Positions 28,805 to 39,316 of a DNA stretch of 64,000 nucleotides are shown here, piece after piece. The stretch's first letter is position 1. Every line of letters begins with the position of its first letter. This DNA is from a virus: IMG/VR virus record IMGVR_UViG_3300017714_002439; one strand, 5' to 3'. The position numbers were made by a program, and so were the translations under genes. The notes below the pieces were generated by a model. The model was not told where the DNA came from, did not search any database, and was given only the letters and a program-made list of their open reading frames with translations.

Positions 28805-31497
28805 TGAGTTATGTAGACGGTTATTTTAACAGAGAAAAAGATTGTCTACACGTAGTAGAACGTGTTAACGGCGAGCGAGTATACAAAGACTTTCCAGCAC
28901 GTTATCAGTTCTACTATAAAGACTCTAGAGGCAAATATACAAGTATATTTGGCGATAAACTTGAGCGTGTTGTATGTAACACAAGTAAAAAGTTTAATAC
29001 AGAAAAGAAGATTCACGGACATAAAAAGTTATTCGAAAGTGATATTAATCCACTTTTTAGATGCTTTTCTGAGAATTATGATCCTACAGAAACTCCAATA
29101 CTACAAACAGCATTTTTTGATATTGAGGTAGACTTTGATCCAGAGAAAGGATTTGCTCCACCTGAAGATCCATTCAATGAAGTAACAGCCATTAGTGTGC
29201 ATTTAAGTTGGCTTAAAAGAACTATTTGTTTAACTATCAAGCCTAACTCATTAGATAAAGAACAAGCACAAGCTGTATGTGATAAGTTTGAAGACACAAT
29301 GCTATTTGATACTGAAAAAGAGCTACTTGAAGCATTTCTCACATTAATTGATGATGCAGATATCTTAACTGGCTGGAACAGTGAAGGTTTTGATATTCCG
29401 TATATGGTTAATAGAGTTGCACGAGTTTTAAGCAAAAGTCATACAAGGCAGTTTTGTTTATGGGGACAATATCCTAAGCGTAGAACATTTGAACGTTTTG
29501 GTGCAGAAAACGAAACATTTGATTTACTAGGCAGAGTGCATTTAGATTATATGCAATTGTATCGTAAGTATACATATCATGAAATGCACAGTTATAGTTT
29601 AGATGCAATTGGCGAGTATGAACTTTCAGAACGTAAAGTTGACTATGAAGGAACACTAGATCAATTATACAACAATGACTACGAAACATTTATTGCATAT
29701 TCAAGGCAAGATGTTGACTTGCTAGTAAGACTAGATGAGAAGTTACAGTTTATTGACTTGGCAAATGTGCTTGCACATTCTAATACTGTTTTACTACAGA
29801 CAACAATGGGTGCGGTTGCACAAACAGACCAAGCTATTGTAAACGAAGCACATCAGCAAGGCTTTATTGTTCCTGATAAAAAGTTTGATAAAGATACAAC
29901 ACAAGCCGCTGGCGCCTACGTTGCAGATCCTAAACGTGGAATGCACAAATGGATTGGCAGTATGGACTTAAACAGTCTATATCCTAGTATTATTCGTGCT
30001 TGTAATATGAGCACCGAGACTATTGTTGGACAAGTTAGGCATACGTTTACACGTGACTTACTTGATAGAGCAAAAACAGTTCCAGAAGCATGGGAGGGTC
30101 GTTTTGCAACACCCGAGTATGAACTTGTTATGGACAAAGATACAACAGAATTAATGCATATTGACTTTGAAAGTGGTGAGAGTATAGAAGCCACTGGTGC
30201 AGAGATATATGAAATTGTGTTTAACAGTGGACAACCTTGGATTATTAGTGCTAATGGCACAGTATTTACATATGAGAAAAAAGGTATTATTCCTGGATTG
30301 CTAGAGCGTTGGTATGCAGAACGTAAAGAAATACAAGCAAAGGCAGTAGCGGCACGTGAAGAAGGTGGCGATAAGTTTGCGTTTTGGGATAAGCGACAAT
30401 TGGTTAAAAAGATTAACTTGAATAGTTTGTATGGTGCGTTACTTAATCCTGGCAGTAGATTCTTTGACAGTAGACTAGGTCAATCAACAACACTAACAGG
30501 ACGTAGTATTGCAAAGCACATGGCATCTAAATGCAACGAAATTATGGCAGGCAAATATGATCACGTAGGAGAAAGTATTGTATATGGTGATACTGACTCT
30601 ACATACTTTAGTGCATATCCTATTCTCAAACCTGAAATTGACAAAGGCGAAATACAATGGGATAAAGATACTATTACAAGTTACTATGAAGCAGTGTGCG
30701 ATGAAGTAAACAAAACGTTTCCTAACTTTATGAATAAAGCGTTCCACACAACTGTTGACCTAGGTGCAATTATTGCCGCAGGTAGAGAAATATCAGCACA
30801 GTCAGGTCTCTTTATTACTAAGAAACGTTATGCGGCATTAGTATATGATAATGAAGGCAAACGTGAAGATAAAGATGGCAAGCCAGGCAAGGTAAAAGCT
30901 ATGGGCTTAGACCTAAAACGTAGTGATACACCAGCATTTATGCAAGACTTTCTAAGTGAACTACTAATGATGACACTTACTGATGCAGGTGAAGAAGCAG
31001 TTATCAAACGTATTATTGAATTCCGTAAAGAGTTTCGTAGCATGGACAGTTGGAAGAAAGGCACGCCAAAACGTGTTAACAATCTAACAAAGTTTCGTGG
31101 TATAGTTGCAAATTATGACAAAGCAAAGAACAAAGCTATTAGAGATGGACGCAGTGCCAAAGACATTAAGAAGCCTGCATTACCAGGTCACGTAAGAGCG
31201 GCACTAAACTGGAATCAGTTATGCAAAATAAATGATGACAAATATAGTATTGAGATTACAGATGGAATGAAAACTGTTGTTTGTAAACTTAAAGATAATC
31301 CATTAGGCTTTACAAGTGTAGGCTATCCTACAGATGAAACACGTCTTCCACAGTGGTTTCAAGAACTTCCGTTTGATGACGATCTTATGGAACACACTAT
31401 TATTACTAAAAAACTAGATAACTTATTGGGTGTGTTAAATTGGGATTTAGATGCAGGGTCGGCACATAATACATTTGCAGATTTGTTTGACTTCTAA
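28804..31497 (+). CDS. polB: Family B DNA polymerase with 3'-5' exonuclease
   Basis: FFDIEV, GWNSEGFD, DLNSLYPS, KINLNSLYG, YGDTDS, KKRY motifs. Confidence 0.97.
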   Translation: MSYVDGYFNREKDCLHVVERVNGERVYKDFPARYQFYYKDSRGKYTSIFGDKLERVVCNTSKKFNTEKKIHGHKKLFESDINPLFRCFSENYDPTETPILQTAFFDIEVDFDPEKGFAPPEDPFNEVTAISVHLSWLKRTICLTIKPNSLDKEQAQAVCDKFEDTMLFDTEKELLEAFLTLIDDADILTGWNSEGFDIPYMVNRVARVLSKSHTRQFCLWGQYPKRRTFERFGAENETFDLLGRVHLDYMQLYRKYTYHEMHSYSLDAIGEYELSERKVDYEGTLDQLYNNDYETFIAYSRQDVDLLVRLDEKLQFIDLANVLAHSNTVLLQTTMGAVAQTDQAIVNEAHQQGFIVPDKKFDKDTTQAAGAYVADPKRGMHKWIGSMDLNSLYPSIIRACNMSTETIVGQVRHTFTRDLLDRAKTVPEAWEGRFATPEYELVMDKDTTELMHIDFESGESIEATGAEIYEIVFNSGQPWIISANGTVFTYEKKGIIPGLLERWYAERKEIQAKAVAAREEGGDKFAFWDKRQLVKKINLNSLYGALLNPGSRFFDSRLGQSTTLTGRSIAKHMASKCNEIMAGKYDHVGESIVYGDTDSTYFSAYPILKPEIDKGEIQWDKDTITSYYEAVCDEVNKTFPNFMNKAFHTTVDLGAIIAAGREISAQSGLFITKKRYAALVYDNEGKREDKDGKPGKVKAMGLDLKRSDTPAFMQDFLSELLMMTLTDAGEEAVIKRIIEFRKEFRSMDSWKKGTPKRVNNLTKFRGIVANYDKAKNKAIRDGRSAKDIKKPALPGHVRAALNWNQLCKINDDKYSIEITDGMKTVVCKLKDNPLGFTSVGYPTDETRLPQWFQELPFDDDLMEHTIITKKLDNLLGVLNWDLDAGSAHNTFADLFDF

Positions 31498-32312
31498 TGA
31501 ATATTTTAGTTATTGGAACTTCGCATAGTGTTTCTAGTTGTAAACGATACCCACATTTCCACCCCTTAGACCATGGCAATAAAGATATTATGCTAGAAGG
31601 TAGATGGCATGATTTGTTAGGTAAACATTATGGAGCAGATGTATTTAATCTTTCTCGCAGTGGGTGTTCAATTGAAGATCAAATAGACAAGGTATATGCA
31701 TACAATCAAGTAAATCCAAAAAAACAATACGATTTAGCTATAGTAGAAGGTAGAAGAATGCAAAGTAGTATAGGAATCAATGAAAAAGGCTTTTCGTCGC
31801 CAATTGACTTTCCATGCGAAGAAACATACTTAAATTGGACAGATGGATTTAGAAAACTTCATGGAGATACCGGAAATAAACTTGATCAGATATCTAGTGC
31901 TTATTCAACCCATATTCAGAATCATAAGCAACTGAAACAATATGGCCCATGGTTTGTTGATTATGTAGATAGTTACTTACAAGCGGTTCAAGTCTGGTCA
32001 ATGAATTTAGCATTATGTTCGTTATTAGAAACTTTTTGTGATAAAGTGCTATGGTATACGTTTAATGGAAATAACGTTTCTAAATTTGGAGAACATGCAC
32101 CATTAAACACCATGGGTTATCAAATGCTTAAAAAGTATGCATTGTTTACAGAGGATACATATTTTAATGGAGTAACCTTATTTGATGCATTTGCTAACGA
32201 TACAGATAATAAACTTCATTGTCATTGTCATCACTTAAATGAATTAGGGCATCATATGTTGTTTAATGATATACTAAAGCCTAGACTAGACGAATTAAAA
32301 ATATTCAAATAA
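31497..32312 (+). CDS. SGNH hydrolase-like protein
   Basis: VIGTSHS block I, NLSRSGCS block II, CHCHHLNELGH block V. Confidence 0.55.
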   Translation: MNILVIGTSHSVSSCKRYPHFHPLDHGNKDIMLEGRWHDLLGKHYGADVFNLSRSGCSIEDQIDKVYAYNQVNPKKQYDLAIVEGRRMQSSIGINEKGFSSPIDFPCEETYLNWTDGFRKLHGDTGNKLDQISSAYSTHIQNHKQLKQYGPWFVDYVDSYLQAVQVWSMNLALCSLLETFCDKVLWYTFNGNNVSKFGEHAPLNTMGYQMLKKYALFTEDTYFNGVTLFDAFANDTDNKLHCHCHHLNELGHHMLFNDILKPRLDELKIFK

Positions 32313-32323
32313 ATACTGTTATA

Positions 32324-33367
32324 ATGCAGTGTTCTTTATTCAATAATGGTTTATCTATACGCCCAGATGGCAGGGTCTCACCCTGTTGTCAGTGGATTCA
32401 TAATGAAAGAATGATTAAATTAGATGACGATTGGGAAACATACATAGATGACAAACGAGAACAATTTAAAAAAGGTTGGATTCCAGAATGTAATCAATGT
32501 AAAAATGACGAAGCGATTACCGGAACAAGTGAGAGAATTGAACAAAATAATTTTTTACGTGAATATGCACGGTTAGATAGTAAAAAATTTTATTGGGATT
32601 TAAAATTACATAACACTTGCAACTTAACTTGTAGAATGTGTGGTCCACATGATTCAAGTAGTTGGTTAAAACTAATCAACGAAAATAAAAAAGAAGAATG
32701 GGATGCAGAAAATATTTTAGGAATCGATGATGTCAAGTTTGGTTGGCGAGAAAATATTCCTTTACTTTTAAAAAATCATATTAACGAGTTAAAAGTCTTA
32801 AAATTTACCGGCGGCGAGCCTTTTATGATACCACAAGTAAAACAACTAATGAAAGCTGTTATTAAAAAAGGTAAAGCCGACGATGTTCATATTAAAATGA
32901 CTACAAATTCTACATTTGAATTAACCAACGAATGGATTGATATTCTCAAACAGTTTAAACGTGTTAGTTTTAGTCTTAGTATTAATGGAATAAAATCAAG
33001 ATATGAGTATATCAGGCAAAACGCTGATTGGGAAACAGTGTATACAAATGTTATGAAGGTGAAAGATCTTAAATTTATTGATTATAGAGTAAATGACTTA
33101 TATCAAATACTTGTTTATGATATAGTTGACGAGATTAATAACTTTTGGAAATCAAAAGATGTTGATGTAGCGTGGGCACACTTAACAGCACCAAAATATC
33201 ACTCACTACATGCGTTACCTACACATCTTTTAAAAAAATACAATCACTGGAACGGCTATAAATTTAATCAAGCATTATTTGATGAGTTTTTAAAACAAAC
33301 TTCCATACATGATCGTATATATGGAAAAGATATACATAAACAAATTCCAGAGTTATTTTCTAAATAA
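32324..33367 (+). CDS. Radical SAM protein with N-terminal twitch-like domain
   Basis: CNLTCRMC, FTGGEP; N-terminal C..PDGRVSPCC..CNQC. Confidence 0.88.
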   Translation: MQCSLFNNGLSIRPDGRVSPCCQWIHNERMIKLDDDWETYIDDKREQFKKGWIPECNQCKNDEAITGTSERIEQNNFLREYARLDSKKFYWDLKLHNTCNLTCRMCGPHDSSSWLKLINENKKEEWDAENILGIDDVKFGWRENIPLLLKNHINELKVLKFTGGEPFMIPQVKQLMKAVIKKGKADDVHIKMTTNSTFELTNEWIDILKQFKRVSFSLSINGIKSRYEYIRQNADWETVYTNVMKVKDLKFIDYRVNDLYQILVYDIVDEINNFWKSKDVDVAWAHLTAPKYHSLHALPTHLLKKYNHWNGYKFNQALFDEFLKQTSIHDRIYGKDIHKQIPELFSK

Positions 33368-33370
33368 ATA
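33365..33370 (+). promoter_or_regulatory. Late motif TAAATA, 5 nt before the ATG
   Basis: TAAATA-CTATT-ATG. Confidence 0.5.
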
Positions 33371-33375
33371 CTATT

Positions 33376-33585
33376 ATGGAAATAATTGGTATAACAACAA
33401 CTGTAGTATTTTTATCTATTGTATGGTTCTGCATAGTTTTATTAATAGCAAAGAAGCTTAAAATTAAGAAAGATGCACCGTTTCATAAGATAATAACATG
33501 CTTATTAGTAATGGGCCCTATTGGTTGGAGCATTATATTGGTTATTATTGCATACGATCTAGTAGATAAACTCACCAAAAAGTAA
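33376..33585 (+). CDS. Small two-TM membrane protein
   Basis: 69 aa, two hydrophobic helices. Confidence 0.6.
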   Translation: MEIIGITTTVVFLSIVWFCIVLLIAKKLKIKKDAPFHKIITCLLVMGPIGWSIILVIIAYDLVDKLTKK

Positions 33586-33606
33586 AAAAATAGTTAAAAA
33601 AGTTAT

Positions 33607-33633
33607 AAACCCTTGAAATACAAGGGTTTTTTT
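33607..33633 (+). terminator. Intrinsic terminator
   Basis: AAACCCTTG-AAATA-CAAGGGTTT plus T-run; same stem as 6339. Confidence 0.85.
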
Positions 33634-33646
33634 ATGGCCTTAAAGG

Positions 33647-33675
33647 TTGACAACCAAGAGCTCTTAGTGTATTAT
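33647..33675 (+). promoter_or_regulatory. Early sigma70-type promoter (repeat family)
   Basis: TTGACA-ACCAAGAGCTCTTAGTG-TATTAT. Confidence 0.85.
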
Positions 33676-33705
33676 AGTATATGTAAGTTAGAAAAAGGAG
33701 TATAA

Positions 33706-33852
33706 ATGAGTCATCCAATAAACGATATGATACTAGAAAATGCTTTTGATGAGGGTTTAGAACTAGCAGAAGCAAAAGGTTTAAAAGGCGAAGAAGCAGA
33801 AGTATTTGCTGAGAAATTTGCCCATGAAAAATTGGAAGAGTTAAGTATATGA
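33706..33852 (+). CDS. 48-aa acidic early protein (not in ORF track)
   Basis: AAGGAG SD; MSHPINDMILENAFDEGLELAEAKGLKGEEAEVFAEKFAHEKLEELSI; ATGA-coupled to the next gene. Confidence 0.75.
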   Translation: MSHPINDMILENAFDEGLELAEAKGLKGEEAEVFAEKFAHEKLEELSI

Positions 33853-34322
33853 CCGTTACTGTTAACTTAAAAGGTGGAACAAGAACACAGAAGAAATATG
33901 CCAAATCAATGGTAGAATTTTGTGCAAAAATGCTTATGCCTAGAGTATCAAATTTAGAAGTTAACTTACATCTTTACAAATTTAAGAAAGACGATTCATA
34001 TGGATATGCATTAGCAACAGATGATGCTGATGCTGATAGGCCTAGAGAGTTTAATGTGGAAATTAACACTGATACACGACTACGTAGAATACTTGAAACA
34101 ATAGCACACGAAATGGTGCATGTAAAACAGTTTGCACGTGGTGAATTATATCAGAGTTCAAAAACAGCAAAGCACCGCTGGCAAGGTATTTGGATGCGAA
34201 GCGAAAAAGAATATTGGGATTTGCCTTGGGAAATAGAAGCACATGGTAGAGAATGTGGTCTATTTGTAAGATGGGCAGAAGACATGGGTTTTGGTAACAA
34301 AGCCTGGACAAAAGACGACTAA
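33849..34322 (+). CDS. SprT-like zinc metallopeptidase domain protein
   Basis: IAHEMVHVKQF (HExxH) and PWEIEA. Confidence 0.75.
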   Translation: MTVTVNLKGGTRTQKKYAKSMVEFCAKMLMPRVSNLEVNLHLYKFKKDDSYGYALATDDADADRPREFNVEINTDTRLRRILETIAHEMVHVKQFARGELYQSSKTAKHRWQGIWMRSEKEYWDLPWEIEAHGRECGLFVRWAEDMGFGNKAWTKDD

Positions 34323-34350
34323 TAGAAACTTAACGAGAGCAGGTGATAAA

Positions 34351-34899
34351 ATGACTAAACTTAATTTCTTCGGTGGTATGTTCAATACTTTTACTATGAT
34401 GATACTAATAATTGGATTAGCATCAACAACTCAAGCAGATAGCAAAACATATCGTTTTGGTGCAGATGAATTTCCAGAAGTGCATTGTCTAGCACTAAAT
34501 ATTTACTACGAGTCACGTGGAAGTAATTTTGCAGATCAAGTAGCAGTAGCAGATGTTGTATTAAATCGTGTGCAAGACTCACGTTATCCTGATACAGTAT
34601 GTGATGTTGTTCACCAAGGTAAACAAAAACCAAGTTGGAAAGACAAAAGTGTTATGGTAATGGTTCGTAACAAGTGTCAGTTCAGTTGGTATTGTGATGG
34701 GAAAGCAGACGAACCTCATCAAGGAGATGCATGGGTTAATGCACAAACAGTTGCATGGAGAATTATGCAGTTTTCAGAATACAGAGGCATTACAGAAGGT
34801 GCAACACATTATCATGCAACCTACGTTGAACCAAATTGGGCAGGATCTTTACAACTAATAGGAACAATAGGTAAACATGTTTTCTACAGATGGAACTAA
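34351..34899 (+). CDS. SleB-like cell wall hydrolase
   Basis: CLALNIYYESRG, VVLNRV, CQFSWYCDG, ATHYHA, IGKHVFY. Confidence 0.9.
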   Translation: MTKLNFFGGMFNTFTMMILIIGLASTTQADSKTYRFGADEFPEVHCLALNIYYESRGSNFADQVAVADVVLNRVQDSRYPDTVCDVVHQGKQKPSWKDKSVMVMVRNKCQFSWYCDGKADEPHQGDAWVNAQTVAWRIMQFSEYRGITEGATHYHATYVEPNWAGSLQLIGTIGKHVFYRWN

Positions 34900-35164
34900 A
34901 AAAGTCTGGAACATAGTTATTGATAAAAAAATTGATTGCGTTATAATGACTGATGCAGAAGCTATGCAAGTCAAGATGAAATTCATGCCAGATATAGAAA
35001 TGACTGACATGACAACACTTCATAATATAAACCCTGAAATGTTTCATAAAGAAGAAAGAGAAAAAGAATTAGCCAAACAGGAACCCAGAGCTTATTTGTT
35101 GTTTGATGCGGTTCCAGTTCAATACAAAACAACATGGACATTTGAGTCCTTAATGGAGATGTAA
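34877..35164 (+). CDS. Hypothetical protein
   Basis: Fills the gap between genes; start uncertain. Confidence 0.5.
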   Translation: MFSTDGTKKVWNIVIDKKIDCVIMTDAEAMQVKMKFMPDIEMTDMTTLHNINPEMFHKEEREKELAKQEPRAYLLFDAVPVQYKTTWTFESLMEM

Positions 35165-35165
35165 T

Positions 35166-35843
35166 ATGAACCCACAAGACTTTAAAGAGGCACGATATTT
35201 AAAAGACAATTGGTTTAATGAGTTTACATTAGGAAATGATGATCCTGGATACTGTGATTGGATAGATAAACAAGAAGAAAAAATAGGATGTGCTCCAGGT
35301 TATACTAAACACAGTATTGAATACTTTATTAATGATTGGAGATATAGAGGACAACTAGTTCCAGAAATGGGAGCACCAGCGGCATTTGGTTGTAGTTATA
35401 CATTTGGTTATGGAAGTAACCTTCATTGGCCAGGAATGTTAGGTGTTGCTAATCTTGGACAAAATGGTGCAAGTAATGATCAAATAACAAGACTAGCTAT
35501 TACATATTGTAAAACATTTAAACCAAAAGAGATATATGTAATGTGGACATTTCCAAACAGGCGAGAATGGATAGACGATACTGGTAACGTATTACGTTTT
35601 AAAGCTGATGAAGTTAAAAATAAATGGGAACAGGCTCATATTGAATTATACAACGAGTATTGGGATAATTATAATTTTAATAAAAACAAGATATTATTAA
35701 ATAGCTGGTGCGAGAGTAACGATATTAAAATACACTACAAAGATCAAAATTATTTTAACAAAGATGATTATCCATTAGCTAGAGATAATATGCATCCAGG
35801 AGCAGATTGGCATTTAAATGTTAGTGCATCATTCGAAACTTAA
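35166..35843 (+). CDS. SGNH hydrolase-like protein
   Basis: FGCSYTFG, NLGQNGASN, DNMHPG (DxxH). Confidence 0.7.
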   Translation: MNPQDFKEARYLKDNWFNEFTLGNDDPGYCDWIDKQEEKIGCAPGYTKHSIEYFINDWRYRGQLVPEMGAPAAFGCSYTFGYGSNLHWPGMLGVANLGQNGASNDQITRLAITYCKTFKPKEIYVMWTFPNRREWIDDTGNVLRFKADEVKNKWEQAHIELYNEYWDNYNFNKNKILLNSWCESNDIKIHYKDQNYFNKDDYPLARDNMHPGADWHLNVSASFET

Positions 35844-36621
35844 AAATTGGTTTAATAACCACACAGAACTTGGTGGGTATGTTGCCAGTTGTTATGTTGA
35901 TTGGAACATAGTAGCCAGTCCTATGCATGAATTTGTAAAGCTATTAGAGGCCTACAAGAAGATTGAATATCTTGACATAGAAGCATTTGCACAATCTGAG
36001 GTAATGGATAATACTATGCCTGATAGATGGATTATGGAAGATATTAGTAAGATTAAATATCTTACAGAAGAAATACTAGCAGAGCAACTATTATTTCATC
36101 CACAAATTATACACGAACCTTGGTTTGATAGATATAGAGTTCATCCAGGCAGTGGCAGAGCAATAGCATTATGGTTATGTGGTTTTCAACAATTTAAAAC
36201 AATATACACACACTTCAATGAAACAACATTCAAAGCACCAGGACACACTATAAGGTTAGATAGTTGGAAACAATTAGCAAATGAAATTATAGTTCATGGA
36301 CCATCTAATACTTTTCGAAGTGCATATGATGTGGAAACATTTAGAGCATTTCCTACTTTACATAAAGATATAAAACACACAGAAGATAAAGATATTGAAT
36401 GGGCTCCGAATTTTACTAGCAGTAAACCTTGGGAGTTTTTAGTATATAGTGAAGGTAAGCAATTCTTAAACTTTAAAAAAGAATGGCGATCACACAGTTA
36501 TGATATGTATACGGATTTACAGCATAGCATTACACAAATTGGTAGAACTATTTTTGAATTTAAAAAGGATAAAGTAGTTAAGGTAGTTAGAGGCGATGAG
36601 GTATATAATATTGTTGACTAA
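35818..36621 (+). CDS. Hypothetical protein (possible ParB/Srx-like core)
   Basis: HPQII..VHPGSGR; weak. Confidence 0.4.
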   Translation: MLVHHSKLKNWFNNHTELGGYVASCYVDWNIVASPMHEFVKLLEAYKKIEYLDIEAFAQSEVMDNTMPDRWIMEDISKIKYLTEEILAEQLLFHPQIIHEPWFDRYRVHPGSGRAIALWLCGFQQFKTIYTHFNETTFKAPGHTIRLDSWKQLANEIIVHGPSNTFRSAYDVETFRAFPTLHKDIKHTEDKDIEWAPNFTSSKPWEFLVYSEGKQFLNFKKEWRSHSYDMYTDLQHSITQIGRTIFEFKKDKVVKVVRGDEVYNIVD

Positions 36622-36642
36622 TTTTACCTTTTCGTGTATAAT
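36614..36642 (+). promoter_or_regulatory. Sigma70-type promoter
   Basis: TTGACT-17-TATAAT with TG extension. Confidence 0.8.
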
Positions 36643-36732
36643 AATTTTAATTAATATAAATACTATGAGGACTTAAAATGGATCGACCCTCCCTAAATAC
36701 TCCGCTCCTAAGACATATAAAAGGAGAAGAAG

Positions 36733-37182
36733 ATGCCTAATTATTTTAGCACAAAAAGATATGGACATAACATTGGACTTAGTGCAGTGTTCCGTCAACC
36801 AAATGCAGATCATTCGCATTGCCATTTGTTGCATGGTTACAGTTTAGCATTTAAATTTACATTTGCTTGCGATGAACTTGATAACAAAAACTGGGCAGTA
36901 GACTTTGGTGGATTGAAGCCACTAAAGAAATGGTTAGAAGATAACTTTGATCATAAGACAGTTATTGACAGAGAAGATCCATACTTATATAAGTTTGCAG
37001 AACTTGAAAACATGGGATTGGCAGAAATCACAGTAATGGATGGAGTAGGCGCAGAAAAGTTTGCCGAGCATGCCTGGAAATTTGCTAATGATCTTGTTAA
37101 AGAAATGAGCGATGGACGTTGCTGGTGTGTGGAGGCTGAATGTGCAGAACATGGAGCCAATTCAGCAATATATAGAGGATAA
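36733..37182 (+). CDS. queD: 6-carboxytetrahydropterin synthase / PTPS family
   Basis: CHLLHGYS, DFGGLK, FDHK, GAEKFAE. Confidence 0.85.
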   Translation: MPNYFSTKRYGHNIGLSAVFRQPNADHSHCHLLHGYSLAFKFTFACDELDNKNWAVDFGGLKPLKKWLEDNFDHKTVIDREDPYLYKFAELENMGLAEITVMDGVGAEKFAEHAWKFANDLVKEMSDGRCWCVEAECAEHGANSAIYRG

Positions 37183-37191
37183 CAACCAAAC

Positions 37192-38964
37192 ATGAGAATA
37201 GCAATAATTGGCTGTGGCTTTGTTGGTAGCACAGTGGCTGACTTCTTAGACACACACGGTGCCAATGATGGTATTGAAGTTATTAGGATTGATCCTAAAA
37301 TAGAAGGCGCTCCAGAATTACACGAACTAACATATCTAGATGCTGCTATCTTATGTTTAAATGCACCCACATTAGAAGATAATACAGTTGATGATCTTCT
37401 TACTAGAAACTACATAACAAATCTAAACGCAAAGTTTGGGAACCAATTACCTATAATGGTGAAAAGCACTATTCCTATGTTTAGTGAATTAGATAAACCA
37501 AACATACCAAATAATGTAGTGTTCAATCCTGAATTTTTAAGAGCAGATCATGCCAAAAAAGATTTTGAGAATCAAGAAATTTTTATTATAGGAGTTACAG
37601 CAGATGAAATAACACATGATGTTACAGCAAAAGATAATCCACATGCAAAGTTTTGGACTAATATATTTGCACCTAGTTTACCAAATACAGAATTTATCTA
37701 TACAGATAGAGAAACAGCTATTATGGTCAAGTATACACATAATGCATGGTTGGCAACAAAAGTGACTTTCTTCCATTCGTTAAGTCAGTCAATGCCTGGA
37801 CATTCTAACTACAACGAAATGACTGATATACTTGCTAAATTTCCTAATATTGGTCCTAGTCATATGAAAGTTCCAAATGCAGAAGGTGGATTAGGATATA
37901 GTGGATTTTGTTTTCCAAAAGATATGAATGCATTTAGTGAATTTAGTAACATGGGACTAATAGGTAAAGTCATAGACGTAAATAGTGATCTAATCAAAAA
38001 AAAAGAATCGTTTAGTTGGACCGCACTCAAGTCTATAATTCCAGACGAAGATTATATAATATGTCTGGGGACTAGTCACACATTAGGTGAATGTGATAGA
38101 AAATTAACAAAATCATATGCTGAATTTGTTGAAGAAGAAATAGGAATAAAAGTAGTAAAACTTGGAATATCAGGTTGTTCTAATTTAGATCTATTACAAG
38201 CAACAGTTGAACTAAATGCACTAGGTTTTTTAAATGAACGTTGTAAACTATTTTTATTAGAACCTAGGATAACTGAAAATACAATAAGAGTATCACTTGA
38301 TACATTAGCAAATAAAAAACAACTTTTATCTTATATGAAAAAAGAATCAAACACTAACATTGAGCTTAACAAAGCACTTGTTACAACTGAAGATGATGGT
38401 AGAGTTTTATTCCCTATGTCTATAAAAGATTTAGTATCAGTAAAAATTGGACTAAGCTCATTACAAAGTGAAAAAGAGTTCACCAACAGATTTAGAAATA
38501 CAATGAATTTAGATAAACACCATGTATTTGACGATGCTAAAAGTGTATTTAATAAGGCTTTATATGATGTAACAATAAATACACAGTCAGTGTTGAAATG
38601 GCATGAAGACATTAACCAAATTGAAGCAATACAACAACTAGTAAAAAATACAGGAACGCCATTTAGATGGTTTATGGTAGATAACAGATATAAACAAGTC
38701 AATCATTTGAGATTGAATGAAGGTAAAGTAACCGATCTATTCAAAGATATGTTACTAACAAAATCAATTCAAGTGTTATTAGCTGGTAAAGATTTTGATG
38801 TAGAAACTGAAAAAGCTATGGATAAAATTTCTAAAGATATGCTATGTGGTTGCGGACATTTTTCAGAGAAAGCTAATAAAATAATTGCACAAGAGTTTGT
38901 GACTCCTGCAATAAAGAAGACGTTGAATAAATTTCCAAGGAGTAAAAATGACATATGTAGTTAA
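37192..38964 (+). CDS. UDP-glucose/GDP-mannose dehydrogenase-like N-terminus fused to an SGNH-like domain
   Basis: GCGFVG, VKST, NPEFL, GFCFPKD; then LGTSHT, GISGCSN, CGCGHF. Confidence 0.75.
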   Translation: MRIAIIGCGFVGSTVADFLDTHGANDGIEVIRIDPKIEGAPELHELTYLDAAILCLNAPTLEDNTVDDLLTRNYITNLNAKFGNQLPIMVKSTIPMFSELDKPNIPNNVVFNPEFLRADHAKKDFENQEIFIIGVTADEITHDVTAKDNPHAKFWTNIFAPSLPNTEFIYTDRETAIMVKYTHNAWLATKVTFFHSLSQSMPGHSNYNEMTDILAKFPNIGPSHMKVPNAEGGLGYSGFCFPKDMNAFSEFSNMGLIGKVIDVNSDLIKKKESFSWTALKSIIPDEDYIICLGTSHTLGECDRKLTKSYAEFVEEEIGIKVVKLGISGCSNLDLLQATVELNALGFLNERCKLFLLEPRITENTIRVSLDTLANKKQLLSYMKKESNTNIELNKALVTTEDDGRVLFPMSIKDLVSVKIGLSSLQSEKEFTNRFRNTMNLDKHHVFDDAKSVFNKALYDVTINTQSVLKWHEDINQIEAIQQLVKNTGTPFRWFMVDNRYKQVNHLRLNEGKVTDLFKDMLLTKSIQVLLAGKDFDVETEKAMDKISKDMLCGCGHFSEKANKIIAQEFVTPAIKKTLNKFPRSKNDICS

Positions 38965-39316
38965 AGATGCATGTATTAAATGTAAATATACAGATTGTGT
39001 ATCAGTATGTCCTGTAGATTGTTTTTACGAAGGTGAAAACTTCTTAGCAATTAACCCAGATGAGTGTATCGATTGTGGTGTATGTGAACCGGAGTGTCCA
39101 GCAGGAGCAATTGTTCCTGATACGGAGTTGGATCCAAATGATCCTGTAGATTGGGTAGAAGTAAATCGCAAATGTTCTCAAGATTTAAATTGGCCAGTAA
39201 TAACTGATCAAATAGATCCTATGCCAGATGCAGATAAACTAAATCCAAAAGAAGGATATGATGGGCCAAGTAAATTTAGTGAATTAAGTGAAAAACCAGG
39301 AGCAGGTGATGAGTAA
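38948..39316 (+). CDS. fdxA: 7Fe/8Fe ferredoxin (FdxA type)
   Basis: [29 protein letters not shown]. Confidence 0.93.
   Translation: MTYVVKDACIKCKYTDCVSVCPVDCFYEGENFLAINPDECIDCGVCEPECPAGAIVPDTELDPNDPVDWVEVNRKCSQDLNWPVITDQIDPMPDADKLNPKEGYDGPSKFSELSEKPGAGDE

Noticed and set aside
36661-36732. Canonical preQ1-I riboswitch before queD
   Set aside because: The loop and the A-rich 3' tail do not fit the known consensus; kept only as an unassigned structured leader.
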